Origin: an uncultured Desulfarculus sp.
GTDB taxonomy: Bacteria; Desulfobacterota; Desulfarculia; Desulfarculales; Desulfarculaceae
NCBI GenBank assembly: GCA_963665125.2
Contig: CAXXUK010000001.1
Span: 2,048,001 to 2,112,000 of the forward strand
Direction of reading: 5' to 3'
Length of the DNA stretch: 64,000 bases
Numbering within the stretch: position 1 is the stretch's first letter; every line of letters starts with the position of its first letter. The notes beneath the pieces were generated by a model. That model was not told the DNA's origin. It ran no database searches and saw only the letters and a list, made by a program, of their open reading frames with translations. The translations under genes and the position numbers were made by a program. Of this stretch, positions 27,775-37,144 are shown in pieces.

Positions 27775-29220
27775 GTGGCTCTGTTGACCGGCGATGAATA
27801 TGTGGAGAGCCTCAAGGCCCTCAGCCCCGAGGTATACATCCGGGGCCAGCGGGTGGACAAGGTCTGGGACCATCCCCTGCTGCACCAGACCGTCAACCAT
27901 ATCCGTGCCAATTTCGATCGCGCCGCCGACCCGGCCAACGGCGGTAAATACACCGTGCGTTCGCCCCTGACCGGCGAAGACGTGGCCCGGGTGCAAATGC
28001 ACATCCAGGCCAGCATGGATGACGTTCTGACCAAGGCCAGGCTTACCAGGGAGATCAGCTCCCAGCAGATCTGCTCGGGCTGCATGTCCAACATGCTTTC
28101 GGTGACCTGGGCCATGGTTCACGACGTCGACCAGGCCCACGGCACGGACTATCATTCGCGGTTCCGTGATTACGTGGCCGGGCTGCAAAAAGGTGGCAAG
28201 GTCATCGCCTGGGGCATGATGGACCCCAAGGGCAACCGCAAACTACGGCCCCACCAGCAAGACCCGCCCACGGACCTGCGGGTGGTGGAGCAAAAACCCG
28301 ACGGCATCGTTGTCAGCGGGGCCAAGGTGCACACCACCTTCGGCCCGGCGGCCCACGAATTCGTGGCCGTGCCCTGCCGGGCCCTGGGCCCCGAGGACAA
28401 GGACTTTGCCGTGTCGTTCGCCGTGCCCATCGACACGCCCGGCCTCAAGCTCATCGCCCGGCCCTCGCCCGGCCCGGCGCGCCAGACCGAAATGGAAAGC
28501 CCGCTGTCGTCCAAATTCCTGGGCGTGGAGGCCATGAGCATCTTTGATAACGTGTTCGTGCCTTGGGAGCGGGTGTTCATGTGCGGCCAATGGCAGCAGG
28601 CGGGGAATCTGCCCCTGTATTTCGCCAGCCTGCACCGGCAGTCCAAATGCGCGTGCAGCGCCGGCCACGCCGACCTGTTCGCCGGGGCCGCCGCCCTGGT
28701 GGCCAGGGCCAACGGTCTCAGCGAAAACAGCGGCCACATCCGCGAAAAGATCACCGACATGATCATGGCCGCCGAAACGGCCTTCGGCTGCGCCATGGGC
28801 GCGGCGGTGGAAGGCCAAATCCACCCCAGCGGCGTGTTCATGCCCAATGCCTCCATTGCCAATTGCGGCCTGAACCACATCCGCTCCACCTTGGGCGATC
28901 ACCTGGCCGCGTTGCAGGACATCGGAGGCGGCCTGGTCACGACCATGCCCACCGAGGCGGATTGGCAGAATCCGGCATTGCGGCCCTACATAGAAAGGCA
29001 CCTGGCCGCGGGCCCCGGTTATAGCACCGAGGACCGCCTGCGGGCCCTGAACCTGTGCCAGGACCTGGCCGCCTCGCGGCTGACGGGCACGATCCTTGGC
29101 TTCACGGTCAACGCGGCCGGATCGTCCGAGACCAACCGTCTGGTGGCAAGGGTCATGTACGACCTGGAAAGCCGGATCAACATGGCCAAGGACCTGGCTG
29201 GCATAACCTCTAGGGCTTGA
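27775..29220 (+). CDS. 4-hydroxybutyryl-CoA dehydratase / HpaB-superfamily flavoprotein (AbfD-like)
   Basis: TGDEYVESL, MDPKGNR, GIVVSGAKVHTT, IFDNVFVPWERVFM, HRQSKCAC and QDIGGG. Confidence 0.85.
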   Translation: MALLTGDEYVESLKALSPEVYIRGQRVDKVWDHPLLHQTVNHIRANFDRAADPANGGKYTVRSPLTGEDVARVQMHIQASMDDVLTKARLTREISSQQICSGCMSNMLSVTWAMVHDVDQAHGTDYHSRFRDYVAGLQKGGKVIAWGMMDPKGNRKLRPHQQDPPTDLRVVEQKPDGIVVSGAKVHTTFGPAAHEFVAVPCRALGPEDKDFAVSFAVPIDTPGLKLIARPSPGPARQTEMESPLSSKFLGVEAMSIFDNVFVPWERVFMCGQWQQAGNLPLYFASLHRQSKCACSAGHADLFAGAAALVARANGLSENSGHIREKITDMIMAAETAFGCAMGAAVEGQIHPSGVFMPNASIANCGLNHIRSTLGDHLAALQDIGGGLVTTMPTEADWQNPALRPYIERHLAAGPGYSTEDRLRALNLCQDLAASRLTGTILGFTVNAAGSSETNRLVARVMYDLESRINMAKDLAGITSRA

Positions 29221-30487
29221 TCCAAAGGGCCATTCCGGCCAGCAGGGCCCCGGCCGCGCCGATCGCCGGTATGGGCCGGGGCCTCAGCAAAAAGTTGCTG
29301 ATGGCCCAGGCGTAGGCCGCCGCCAGGGTGGCCACGGTGATGAACTTAGCCGTCGGCCCGATGCCGGGCATGGCCAGCAGCATCAGTTGGAACCAGATCA
29401 CAAGCGCGTAATGCGACAGATAGATGTCGTAGGAATTGGCCGCCAGATTGCGCGCCACCCTGCCCTGTGTATTCCAAAACTTCAGGCCCAGGGCCGTGAA
29501 CAGGCCCAACAAGGCGATGGACAAAAGGTTGCGGCTGAAAAATGTCAGCAGACCGAAAAGCTTCATGGTCTCGGCAGGCCCATAAAACATGATGTGGCGC
29601 AGCCAAATATAAGCAGCCAACAACACCAGCGAAGGCGCCAGCCAGGAGACGATGCCGCCATTGAACATTCCCCTGGCGGTCCAGTTGTTGCGATCGCTCA
29701 ACACGCCCAGGCCGAAGCAGGTCAGGTACATGAATACCCGCGACGGCTGGAACTGAATCACATTGAATACGCTGAACCAGACCTCCGGGTCGGTCATGCC
29801 CGGCGACGAGACGAACATCAGCATTATCACCGCGCATGACGCCAAGAATACCGCTCCGCCCGTGGCCGCGATGAACCCGGCGGTTTTTAGTCCGGTCATA
29901 TTGATGGGAGCCTGGTTGATCTCACGGTTGTCAAACCAGCCCCGCCATAGGGCGTAAGCCGCGCCGAAGATCAGAAAGAACGCCAGCAGCAGACCCAGGA
30001 ACCACATATAGCGCTGGTAGAAGATGTCCTGCTGCATCACGGTGCTCATCGGCGGCAACAGGCCGAAATCAAAGCCAAGGAAGCTTTGCATGGTGACGAG
30101 CCAGGAGTCCCAATAGCTCCGGGTCAGGATCAGGCCGCCCCTGGTGTAATGATAGACAAAAGGCACGATGGGACAGATGACCAGGCCGCAGACGAGCCAG
30201 GGCAGCCCCAGGCGCTTGAACTTGCCGAGTGTGAATGCCCCGAGTCCCTTGCGGCGGAGGACAGGCAGGGCAAACACACCGGCAATATAAAACAACATGG
30301 GCATGGTGGAGGCGTCGCAAAAGGCCATAAGCCAATCGGCCAGCATGCTCTTTTCCCGCTCGGCCACCGGCCACCAGCCAACCCTGCTGTAGGCCAGGGC
30401 GGCATGCTGGACAGCCACCAGGATCACGAACAACCAGCGCAGGTTGTCGTAAAAGTATATGCGTTCGGACTTTGAGTCTTTGCTCAT
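29210..30487 (-). CDS. Acyltransferase 3 family (OpgC/MdoC-like)
   Basis: RIYFYDNLR...H, MPMLFYIAG, KFKRLGLP, MWFL, SYDIYLSH; about 10 TM segments (alternative start 30499). Confidence 0.85.
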   Translation of the reverse strand: MSKDSKSERIYFYDNLRWLFVILVAVQHAALAYSRVGWWPVAEREKSMLADWLMAFCDASTMPMLFYIAGVFALPVLRRKGLGAFTLGKFKRLGLPWLVCGLVICPIVPFVYHYTRGGLILTRSYWDSWLVTMQSFLGFDFGLLPPMSTVMQQDIFYQRYMWFLGLLLAFFLIFGAAYALWRGWFDNREINQAPINMTGLKTAGFIAATGGAVFLASCAVIMLMFVSSPGMTDPEVWFSVFNVIQFQPSRVFMYLTCFGLGVLSDRNNWTARGMFNGGIVSWLAPSLVLLAAYIWLRHIMFYGPAETMKLFGLLTFFSRNLLSIALLGLFTALGLKFWNTQGRVARNLAANSYDIYLSHYALVIWFQLMLLAMPGIGPTAKFITVATLAAAYAWAISNFLLRPRPIPAIGAAGALLAGMALWIKP

Positions 30488-30583
30488 GGATCGCACCATT
30501 TCGGCTTGACCAGTTAATGATCAAATGCAAAAAGCTTATAATATCAACCTAATATAATCAGCCAAAGCACCGTTCATTTAATG

Positions 30584-30612
30584 TTGACCTTTTTAGTATG
30601 AATTACTACACT
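30584..30612 (+). promoter_or_regulatory. sigma70-type promoter
   Basis: TTGACC-17 bp-TACACT upstream of the diheme cytochrome gene. Confidence 0.55.
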
Positions 30613-30645
30613 GCTGCTAAATTCAAGGTGCAAAGGAAACAGGCA

Positions 30646-31188
30646 ATGATGTTAAACACCGGCAAAACAATCTCCATCGTTCTTCTGGCAATGCTAATCG
30701 CCGCTGTTTTTCCGGCGTGGGCTGATCACCACCAGGAGAATAAACATCATGGCGACCACACCGGCCTGGCTGCGCCGCGCAACCAGCTTTATCAAGACAC
30801 CTGCGGCGGCTGCCATATGGCCTACCCCCCGTCATTATTGCCGTCAGGTTCATGGGCCAAGCTCCTACAGGGCCAGACTGATCACTTTGGCCAGGATCTG
30901 GCTATAGGGCAGGATGAGCGAACCGCGCTCTCGGCCTACCTAACCGCCAATTCCGCCAACTCCTCCGGCGCTAAAATCGCCCGTAAGATTATGCGGAGCC
31001 TTGACGGCGAGACCCCTCTGCGTATAACCGAAGTGCCCTATATCATTCATAAACACGAAGACGACGATGTCCCTGGCGGTGCCTTCAGTAGAAAATCAGT
31101 TGGCTCCATGGCCAATTGCGCTGCCTGCCATCCCGGCGCGGCCGGCGGTGATTTTGATGACGACAATGTGCGCATCCCAGCGGAATAG
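30646..31188 (+). CDS. Diheme cytochrome c (DHC family)
   Basis: Signal peptide; CGGCHMAYPPSLLPSGSW, HFG, PLRITEVPY and SMANCAACHPGA..GDF. Confidence 0.9.
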   Translation: MMLNTGKTISIVLLAMLIAAVFPAWADHHQENKHHGDHTGLAAPRNQLYQDTCGGCHMAYPPSLLPSGSWAKLLQGQTDHFGQDLAIGQDERTALSAYLTANSANSSGAKIARKIMRSLDGETPLRITEVPYIIHKHEDDDVPGGAFSRKSVGSMANCAACHPGAAGGDFDDDNVRIPAE

Positions 31189-31206
31189 TTAGATTTATAC
31201 ATTATT

Positions 31207-31470
31207 TCAGGCATTGACCGCCGACTTGAGCACGTCCTTCCAGACGGCTTGCAGGTCCTCGGTATCGATCTGAGCTTTAACCTTCAGGCAACCGCGGACC
31301 CACTGACCGATGCCGAAGTGTTGGCAGTCCAGCCACTCGTCATTATTGACGTTGTGTCTGATAGTTGCCTGTGCGTTTGGCGACAGCTTGGTCATGGAGT
31401 TGCGCACAACCAAGGCGGCCTGGGCAAACTCTGGTGAATCTATTGTCGCGTGCACTTTTTCTTCTCCCAT
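31207..31470 (-). CDS. Small hypothetical protein
   Basis: 87-aa ORF with an HFGIGQWVR motif; fills the gap between genes. Confidence 0.5.
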   Translation of the reverse strand: MGEEKVHATIDSPEFAQAALVVRNSMTKLSPNAQATIRHNVNNDEWLDCQHFGIGQWVRGCLKVKAQIDTEDLQAVWKDVLKSAVNA

Positions 31471-31614
31471 ATGGCCAGGGCGCACCTCTGACGTAGCCGG
31501 TGGTTACGCCTGAAAGGTAACCTTTGATAATTACCTCCAGGTGACAACCCGGCGAAGTTTTCCGCAAACCACAGGCGATTGTGTTGCCCGTAATTTATCC
31601 GTGCTTACATGGTG

Positions 31615-32610
31615 TTATCGGGGCTCACCAAAGATGGGAGCCATTGCCGTACACTGGCGCTGGATTTTTCCCGTCCAATGCTCAAGGTTTTTGAAAGTAA
31701 ACTCGTAGACCACCCACTCAGGATCAATCAGATCAAACAAACGGCAGATTCCGATGTCTTCAAATGCCTCGTGCTCGTCGATCCGGCTGACATGTTCATG
31801 GGCGGCCATAAGCTTTTCCCAAAACGACCCGTCAGGCAGGGGATCAATGCCGCCGGCGCGCAGGCCGCTGACATACTCGCCCGACAGGCTGCGGGTCAGA
31901 TGCACGGCCCGGATGTGATCGGCCAGGGGCCCCATGGCCTCGACCTTGCGCAGGATATATTCCACGCCCTCGGACTCGGTGCGGATATCCTGGTTGGTGT
32001 TGAGCATGTGGCCGGTGTCCAGTACCAGGCCATAGTCTTCGATATCCAACCCGTCGAATAGCCGCCTGATCTCGTCCTGCTCCTCGAAGCGCAGGCCGCC
32101 GGGCCACCACAGGTTTTCGAACAGAATCGGCATGCCCGGATCATCATCGGCGCAGGCGCTGTTGACTATCTGGGCCGACATGTCGATGGTCTGCTGCCAG
32201 GTCCAGGGAAACTCCCAGCTCACCACGCCCCGCCAATCGGCCTGGGCCGCATGGAACACCGCGTACTCGGCCCCGGCCCGGCGGCCCCAGGCCAACTGCT
32301 TTTTATAGCAGTCGATGACCGCGCCCCGGTCCAGGCCGCCATAGAAATGCCGCGCAGTTTCCAGGTCGCCGAAGGTCCGCACCAGGCCGTCCATGTCTTC
32401 TTGCCACAGGTCCCACATGAACACGAAGAACCGTAGGTGCAGCCCGGCCACGAGATCGTTTGGGATATTGTCCAGCGGATAGCCGTCCACCGGATATATC
32501 TCGAAGCCGTCAAAGGCGAACCGGTCCATGACCTGGCGGCCGGTGGACCAGTCCTGACCAACGACCTCGATATCATTGGTGAAGGTGGTGGAATTTAATA
32601 GACGCTTCAA
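31615..32610 (-). CDS. Xylose-isomerase-like TIM-barrel protein
   Basis: VFHAAQ, FENLWWPG, LDTGH, VHL and YE metal-ligand pattern; starts 22 bp after pspC. Confidence 0.75.
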   Translation of the reverse strand: MKRLLNSTTFTNDIEVVGQDWSTGRQVMDRFAFDGFEIYPVDGYPLDNIPNDLVAGLHLRFFVFMWDLWQEDMDGLVRTFGDLETARHFYGGLDRGAVIDCYKKQLAWGRRAGAEYAVFHAAQADWRGVVSWEFPWTWQQTIDMSAQIVNSACADDDPGMPILFENLWWPGGLRFEEQDEIRRLFDGLDIEDYGLVLDTGHMLNTNQDIRTESEGVEYILRKVEAMGPLADHIRAVHLTRSLSGEYVSGLRAGGIDPLPDGSFWEKLMAAHEHVSRIDEHEAFEDIGICRLFDLIDPEWVVYEFTFKNLEHWTGKIQRQCTAMAPIFGEPR

Positions 32611-32632
32611 CGGTTTTTCCCCACGGCTTTAG

Positions 32633-33118
32633 TTAGTTGCCCTCGTTGAAACGCCGCTGCCAATCGTATTCGCGGGCGGTCACCGAGTCTTCAAGGCGTC
32701 TCAGACGCCGTTCCAGGCTTTCATAGGTCCGCTTCAGGCGGCCGATGGCCCCGGCCCTGCTGGCGGTGTAGGAGGTGTAAAACTCCTTTTCGGATTCGTT
32801 TTCCAGGGGCAAGATCGGCTCACGCTTCATAAGCAGCGCCGCAATGACATAAAGCAGCACCATAGGCCAAAAGCCGCTGAATATGGTCGCCATCACGGTC
32901 AGGAAACGCACCCAGAAAAGTGAGAAGTCATAGTGGGTGGCGATGCCCTTGCAGACCCCCAGGAACATCCCGCTGCGCGAGCGGTAGGGCCCGCCGCCCC
33001 TGTTGCCGAATATCGTTCTGGCTTGTCTATGTATGGTCCTCATAGTTTTCCTTCCATGGGACATATCTCTTTTAAACTGCCTGCGCATATGTCTGTGATA
33101 ATGCTTGTTGTGTCTCAC
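32633..33118 (-). CDS. pspC: Phage shock protein C
   Basis: YRSRSGMFLGVCKGIA, YVIAALLM, ERRLRRLEDSVT. Confidence 0.9.
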   Translation of the reverse strand: MRHNKHYHRHMRRQFKRDMSHGRKTMRTIHRQARTIFGNRGGGPYRSRSGMFLGVCKGIATHYDFSLFWVRFLTVMATIFSGFWPMVLLYVIAALLMKREPILPLENESEKEFYTSYTASRAGAIGRLKRTYESLERRLRRLEDSVTAREYDWQRRFNEGN

Positions 33119-33354
33119 CGGCCCTGCTCCTTCTTCTCAATGTCCAGTATGAGAATCTCCAGGGCTTCGATGCGCTTTTCCATCTTTTCCAGGCCTTGGT
33201 ATATCTCCTGGATCAGCATGGTTTCCTCTGCCATTTGCTGCTCACGCTGTTTGCCCGTCGGGCCGGAATTGACTTTCATGGCCCATACTATGAAGAACCC
33301 GATTACTGCCGCCAGAGGTATGGCCAAGGCCATCATCGCAATAAATCCGCCCAC
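33115..33354 (-). CDS. pspB: Phage shock protein B-like
   Basis: One TM helix followed by LEKMEKRIEALEILI; lies between pspA and pspC. Confidence 0.85.
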   Translation of the reverse strand: MGGFIAMMALAIPLAAVIGFFIVWAMKVNSGPTGKQREQQMAEETMLIQEIYQGLEKMEKRIEALEILILDIEKKEQGR

Positions 33355-33399
33355 GTTCTTTCCCTGTCCCGGTTGGGGTTATCGTATCGCCTTGCCGGA

Positions 33400-34068
33400 C
33401 TACTTTTCCTGGCCGGCGGCCTTGGCCTTGAGTTCGGCCAGTTGGCGCTCGATTTCTTCATCCTCGGCCAGGCGTCCGAACTCTTCTTCCAGAGTCGGCT
33501 TGCGGCCATAGTCCACCAGTTCAGCCTCGGCCTCCATGCGGTCGATGCGGCTCTCCAACTTGTCAAAACGCATCATGGCGTCGGACGTCTCAAAGCGGCG
33601 CACTTCCTTACGGGCCTTGATCTTGTCCGAGGCCGCAGTGTGGCGCTGCAGCAACAGGCGGCGCTTTTCCCTGGCCATGGCCAGCTTTTCTTCCAAAAGC
33701 CGAATCTCGGTCTGGTAGCCGTCAACGATTTCCCTGGTCTTGTCTGCCTCGCGCTCCACCGATTCGGCCTGCTCCAAAAGAGCCCGCTTTTCGGCCAGAG
33801 CCTCCCGGGCCAGGTTCTCCCGGCCCTTGCTCACGGCCATCTCGGCCCGCTGGGCCCACTGCCCGGCCTTATCGCGGCACATGTCCAAAGCGCTTCTGGC
33901 CTTCTTTTCGGCGGCCATTGCCCCGGCGCAGGAGGCCTTTATCTCCACCAGGGTGTCTTCCATCTCCTGGATCATCAATTGGATCAGCTTTTCCGGGTTT
34001 TCGGCCCGGTCCAGCATGGCGTTGATATTCGAACTGACAATGTCTCTAGCCCTGCTAAATATACCCAT
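33400..34068 (-). CDS. pspA: Phage shock protein A
   Basis: MGIFSRARDIVSSNINAMLDRAENPEKLIQLMIQEMEDTLVE. Confidence 0.96.
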   Translation of the reverse strand: MGIFSRARDIVSSNINAMLDRAENPEKLIQLMIQEMEDTLVEIKASCAGAMAAEKKARSALDMCRDKAGQWAQRAEMAVSKGRENLAREALAEKRALLEQAESVEREADKTREIVDGYQTEIRLLEEKLAMAREKRRLLLQRHTAASDKIKARKEVRRFETSDAMMRFDKLESRIDRMEAEAELVDYGRKPTLEEEFGRLAEDEEIERQLAELKAKAAGQEK

Positions 34069-34106
34069 GATCGCTCCTTATGCGAAAGTTGTCGCCTTGG
34101 CACAGG

Positions 34107-34122
34107 AGCAACAAGCGGGCCA
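34107..34122 (-). promoter_or_regulatory. sigma54 (-24/-12) promoter of pspABC
   Basis: Minus strand TGGCCCGCTTGTTGCT = GG-N10-GC, about 40 bp upstream of pspA and divergent from pspF. Confidence 0.85.
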
Positions 34123-34200
34123 ACTCGCCACACGGATAAATAACCCTAACAAATTCAAGCGGATATTCATAGCAACGTATTAACGAACCGGCATTTTCTT

Positions 34201-34256
34201 TTGGTTTATATTTTTATTATTTGGTTTTTTTTACCATGTTATATATTATTTTACCA
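34201..34256. promoter_or_regulatory. Candidate PspF upstream activating sequences
   Basis: TGGT-N7-ACCA dyad at 34222-34236 with half-site copies 20 bp either side (TTGGTTT at 34201, TTACCA at 34251), about 100 bp from the sigma54 site. Confidence 0.5.
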
Positions 34257-35284
34257 TGAGCAACCAAAACGAAAATCCGTCTCCCCGATATCATGACGCC
34301 CTGGGCCAGTCAGAGGCCTTTTTAATCTTTCAGGAAGCCCTGTCCAGGGTCGCCCCGGTGGACCGCCCTGTCCTGTTAATCGGCCAGCGGGGCACGGGCA
34401 AGGAGCTGGCCGCCTCGCGATTGCATTTCCTGTCCTCGCGCTGGCAGGGCCCCATGGTCACCCTCAGTTGCGCGGCCATTACGCCAACCCTCATCGAATC
34501 CGAGCTTTTCGGCTACGAGGCCGGGGCGTTTACCGGGGCCCAGCGCCGCCGGGCCGGGCGTTTTGAGACAGCCCACGGCGGCACCCTGTTCCTGGATGAA
34601 ATCGGCATCATGCCCCTGGAGGTCCAGGAGAAGCTGCTACGGGTGGTGGAATACGGCGTATTCGAGCGGGTGGGCGGCACCCAACCGGTAGCCGTGAACG
34701 TGCGCATCATCGGTGCCACCAACGCCGACCTGCCCGATTTGGCCCGGCAGGGCAAATTCAAAGAAGACCTGCTGGACCGCCTGTCGTTCGAGGTGTTGCA
34801 TCTACCGCCATTGAGAGAGCGCAACGGCGACGTTGCCTTGTTGGCCAGCCATTTCGCGGCGCGCATGGCCCATGAACTGGGCCGGGAGGACATCGCCCAG
34901 TTCAGCCCCGAAGCCATGGCCGAACTGGAGGCCTTTGCCTGGCCCGGCAACATCCGCCAGCTCAAGAACGTCGTGGAAAGGGCCGTGTACCGCTCCGAAG
35001 GCCCGATCATAGAGGCCATCGAATTCGACCCCTTCCCGCCGATGCCCCTGCCCGCCAAGACGCTGGCGGTCCAGCCGCTTCCCGCCCCGGCGGTCGCCGC
35101 CCCATCAACCAGCCTTGACGCCCCCTTGCGTGACCAGGTCGCGGCCCTTGAGGTGTCGCTGTTATCCCAGGCCCTGCAAAAGGCACGTCACAACCAGCGC
35201 CAGGCGGCCGAGCTCTTGGGCCTTGGTTACAACCAGTTCCGGGGTCTTTACCGCAAATACCAGGACCGGTTAAAAAACGAATAG
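34256..35284 (+). CDS. pspF: Phage shock operon activator (sigma54 bEBP)
   Basis: GQRGTGKE, GAFTGA, LFLDEIG, WPGNIRQLKN and a C-terminal HTH; no N-terminal sensor domain. Confidence 0.95.
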   Translation: MSNQNENPSPRYHDALGQSEAFLIFQEALSRVAPVDRPVLLIGQRGTGKELAASRLHFLSSRWQGPMVTLSCAAITPTLIESELFGYEAGAFTGAQRRRAGRFETAHGGTLFLDEIGIMPLEVQEKLLRVVEYGVFERVGGTQPVAVNVRIIGATNADLPDLARQGKFKEDLLDRLSFEVLHLPPLRERNGDVALLASHFAARMAHELGREDIAQFSPEAMAELEAFAWPGNIRQLKNVVERAVYRSEGPIIEAIEFDPFPPMPLPAKTLAVQPLPAPAVAAPSTSLDAPLRDQVAALEVSLLSQALQKARHNQRQAAELLGLGYNQFRGLYRKYQDRLKNE

Positions 35285-35358
35285 AAATTACAATACTTGT
35301 ATTCCGGCGCGGTGTTTCTTTAATATCAATTAAGTCCTGCCGCTCACTGGAGGATGCC

Positions 35359-36243
35359 GTGAGGGTCTTCGCCTTGGTTTCATGCCTGATGCTGCTGTTG
35401 ATGCCGCCCGCCCTTGCCGGGGCCCAGGGCGCGGACCAGCTGCGCATTGGAGCGGGCCAACCCAGCGGCGTTTACTTCACCTCGGCCGAAGCCATCAACC
35501 GCCTGCTTGGGCAATGCAAACCGGAATGCAACGTATCTCTGGCCATCCAGACCAGCGGCGACAATGTTCAGACCATAGAGGCCGTGGCCTCGGGTAGATA
35601 TGAATTGGCCCTGATCTCCTCGGACCGGCTGTGCGAGGCATCCATTGGCTCCGGCCCCTGGCGGGGCCAGCCCCTGACCGGTCTGCGGGCGGTGTTGGGC
35701 CTCAACGCCGGGCTGTTTTTGATCACCGCCGAGCAGGCCCAAACGCTGACCAGCGGCGAAAGCTGGCTCAAGCGCGAACAGGCCGTGGCCTTTTCGGCCC
35801 TGGCCAGCAACGGCTCGAGCGACAAGCCCGTGCCCGTGATGGTGAACCGGGCCATTCTCATTGAAAATAAACGCACGGGCCGGATCATGGTCCGGTTCAT
35901 GATAATGGGGCCGAGCCAACTCAATGCGGCGGCGTCCAGGGATGCCTGCTACCAGCAAACCGTCATACCGCCGATGTATAACGGCATAGGCGGCCAAAAG
36001 GCCCTGGCGGCCCGGACCACGCTGATCACCAGGGCCGACGTGCCGGAAGAGGCGATCTACCAACTCACCAGGGCCGTGTTCCAGAACGTGGACAAGTTGC
36101 GCATGGCCACCCCGGCCTTTTCCGAGCTGAATCCGGCCGAGATGTCCACCGGCCTGGCCGCGCCGCTGCATCCGGGCGCCGCCAGATATTTCCGGGAAGC
36201 GGGCCTGGGCGTGGAGCCATCAGCCGCCGAACAGGGCGACTAG
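35359..36243 (+). CDS. TAXI-family TRAP solute-binding protein-like (divergent)
   Basis: Signal peptide; IGAGQPSGVYF at the N-terminus; VPEEAIYQLTRAVF...PLHPGAARYFREAG at the C-terminus. Confidence 0.7.
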   Translation: MRVFALVSCLMLLLMPPALAGAQGADQLRIGAGQPSGVYFTSAEAINRLLGQCKPECNVSLAIQTSGDNVQTIEAVASGRYELALISSDRLCEASIGSGPWRGQPLTGLRAVLGLNAGLFLITAEQAQTLTSGESWLKREQAVAFSALASNGSSDKPVPVMVNRAILIENKRTGRIMVRFMIMGPSQLNAAASRDACYQQTVIPPMYNGIGGQKALAARTTLITRADVPEEAIYQLTRAVFQNVDKLRMATPAFSELNPAEMSTGLAAPLHPGAARYFREAGLGVEPSAAEQGD

Positions 36244-36996
36244 GGCGTCCCAGCCCACGCCGCGCACGCCGGTGCGGTGGCGCATCACGCACCACAAAAT
36301 CAGGAAAAAGTACTGGCCCATGTGCAGGGGCACGGAAACCCAGAACGAGCGCACCCGCCACACCACAAAGCCCAGGACAATACCGCCGACCACTGACGTG
36401 AGCCCCTCCACCAAGGGCTTGGTGAAGTGCATGGCCGCGAACGGCACGGTCTGGATGAATATGGCGTAGAGCCCGAACTTGGGCAGCAGGCCGAAGAGCA
36501 TGAAGCCCCGGAAGAAGTATTCCCAGCCGATGAAATAAAGCAGGGCGAACCCCTGGGTGGCCAAGAAGATGTTCCAGTCCAGGGCGGCCAGCCTATAGCG
36601 GGGATAATAGGCCAGCATGGCCGGGATGTCCGAAACGAACCAGGTGCCCACGGCCACGGCGGGCAAATACAAGGCCAGCACTATGGCGGCCAGGCGCCAG
36701 TCGCCCAGGCCCAGGCCCATCTCCCTGGGGCCGCGCTTGAAGAAAATGATCATGCAGGCCAGGGGCACGGCCAGCCCCAGAATGAACTGCATCAGCGACC
36801 ACCAGCCCCAGCCCCAGAACAGCATCTTTTCCGGGGCCACCACGCCCTCGAAGATCGCCTGGAATGCCGCGTGGCCGCCGATGCCCTCGTGGAGAATCAG
36901 TAGCACGGCCGACGCGACGAGCACGAACACGCTCTGGGCGTCCAGGTCCTTAAGCTTGTCGGCGAACTGCCGGATATGTAGTTTAATGCCGCTCAA
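36220..36996 (-). CDS. CPBP (CAAX protease/Abi) intramembrane metalloprotease
   Basis: WEYFFRG, FAAMH and SVPLH motifs; multiple TM segments. Confidence 0.85.
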   Translation of the reverse strand: MSGIKLHIRQFADKLKDLDAQSVFVLVASAVLLILHEGIGGHAAFQAIFEGVVAPEKMLFWGWGWWSLMQFILGLAVPLACMIIFFKRGPREMGLGLGDWRLAAIVLALYLPAVAVGTWFVSDIPAMLAYYPRYRLAALDWNIFLATQGFALLYFIGWEYFFRGFMLFGLLPKFGLYAIFIQTVPFAAMHFTKPLVEGLTSVVGGIVLGFVVWRVRSFWVSVPLHMGQYFFLILWCVMRHRTGVRGVGWDALVALFGG

Positions 36997-37144
36997 AGTG
37001 ACCTCCCATTGCGGCTATATTCTGCACCAAACGTTAATTAAATTTCCAGATCTTTGTGGGCGTCCATCAAGCGCATAAAATCATTTTACATGTATTCAAA
37101 GCATTAACTTCGGTGAAGTGCTGATGATCAATCCTTGGTCTTCG

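Noticed and set aside
27775..29220. O2-dependent 4-hydroxyphenylacetate 3-monooxygenase (HpaB)
   Set aside because: Has AbfD-like Cys/His ligands, no hpaC reductase nearby, and an anaerobic gene context.
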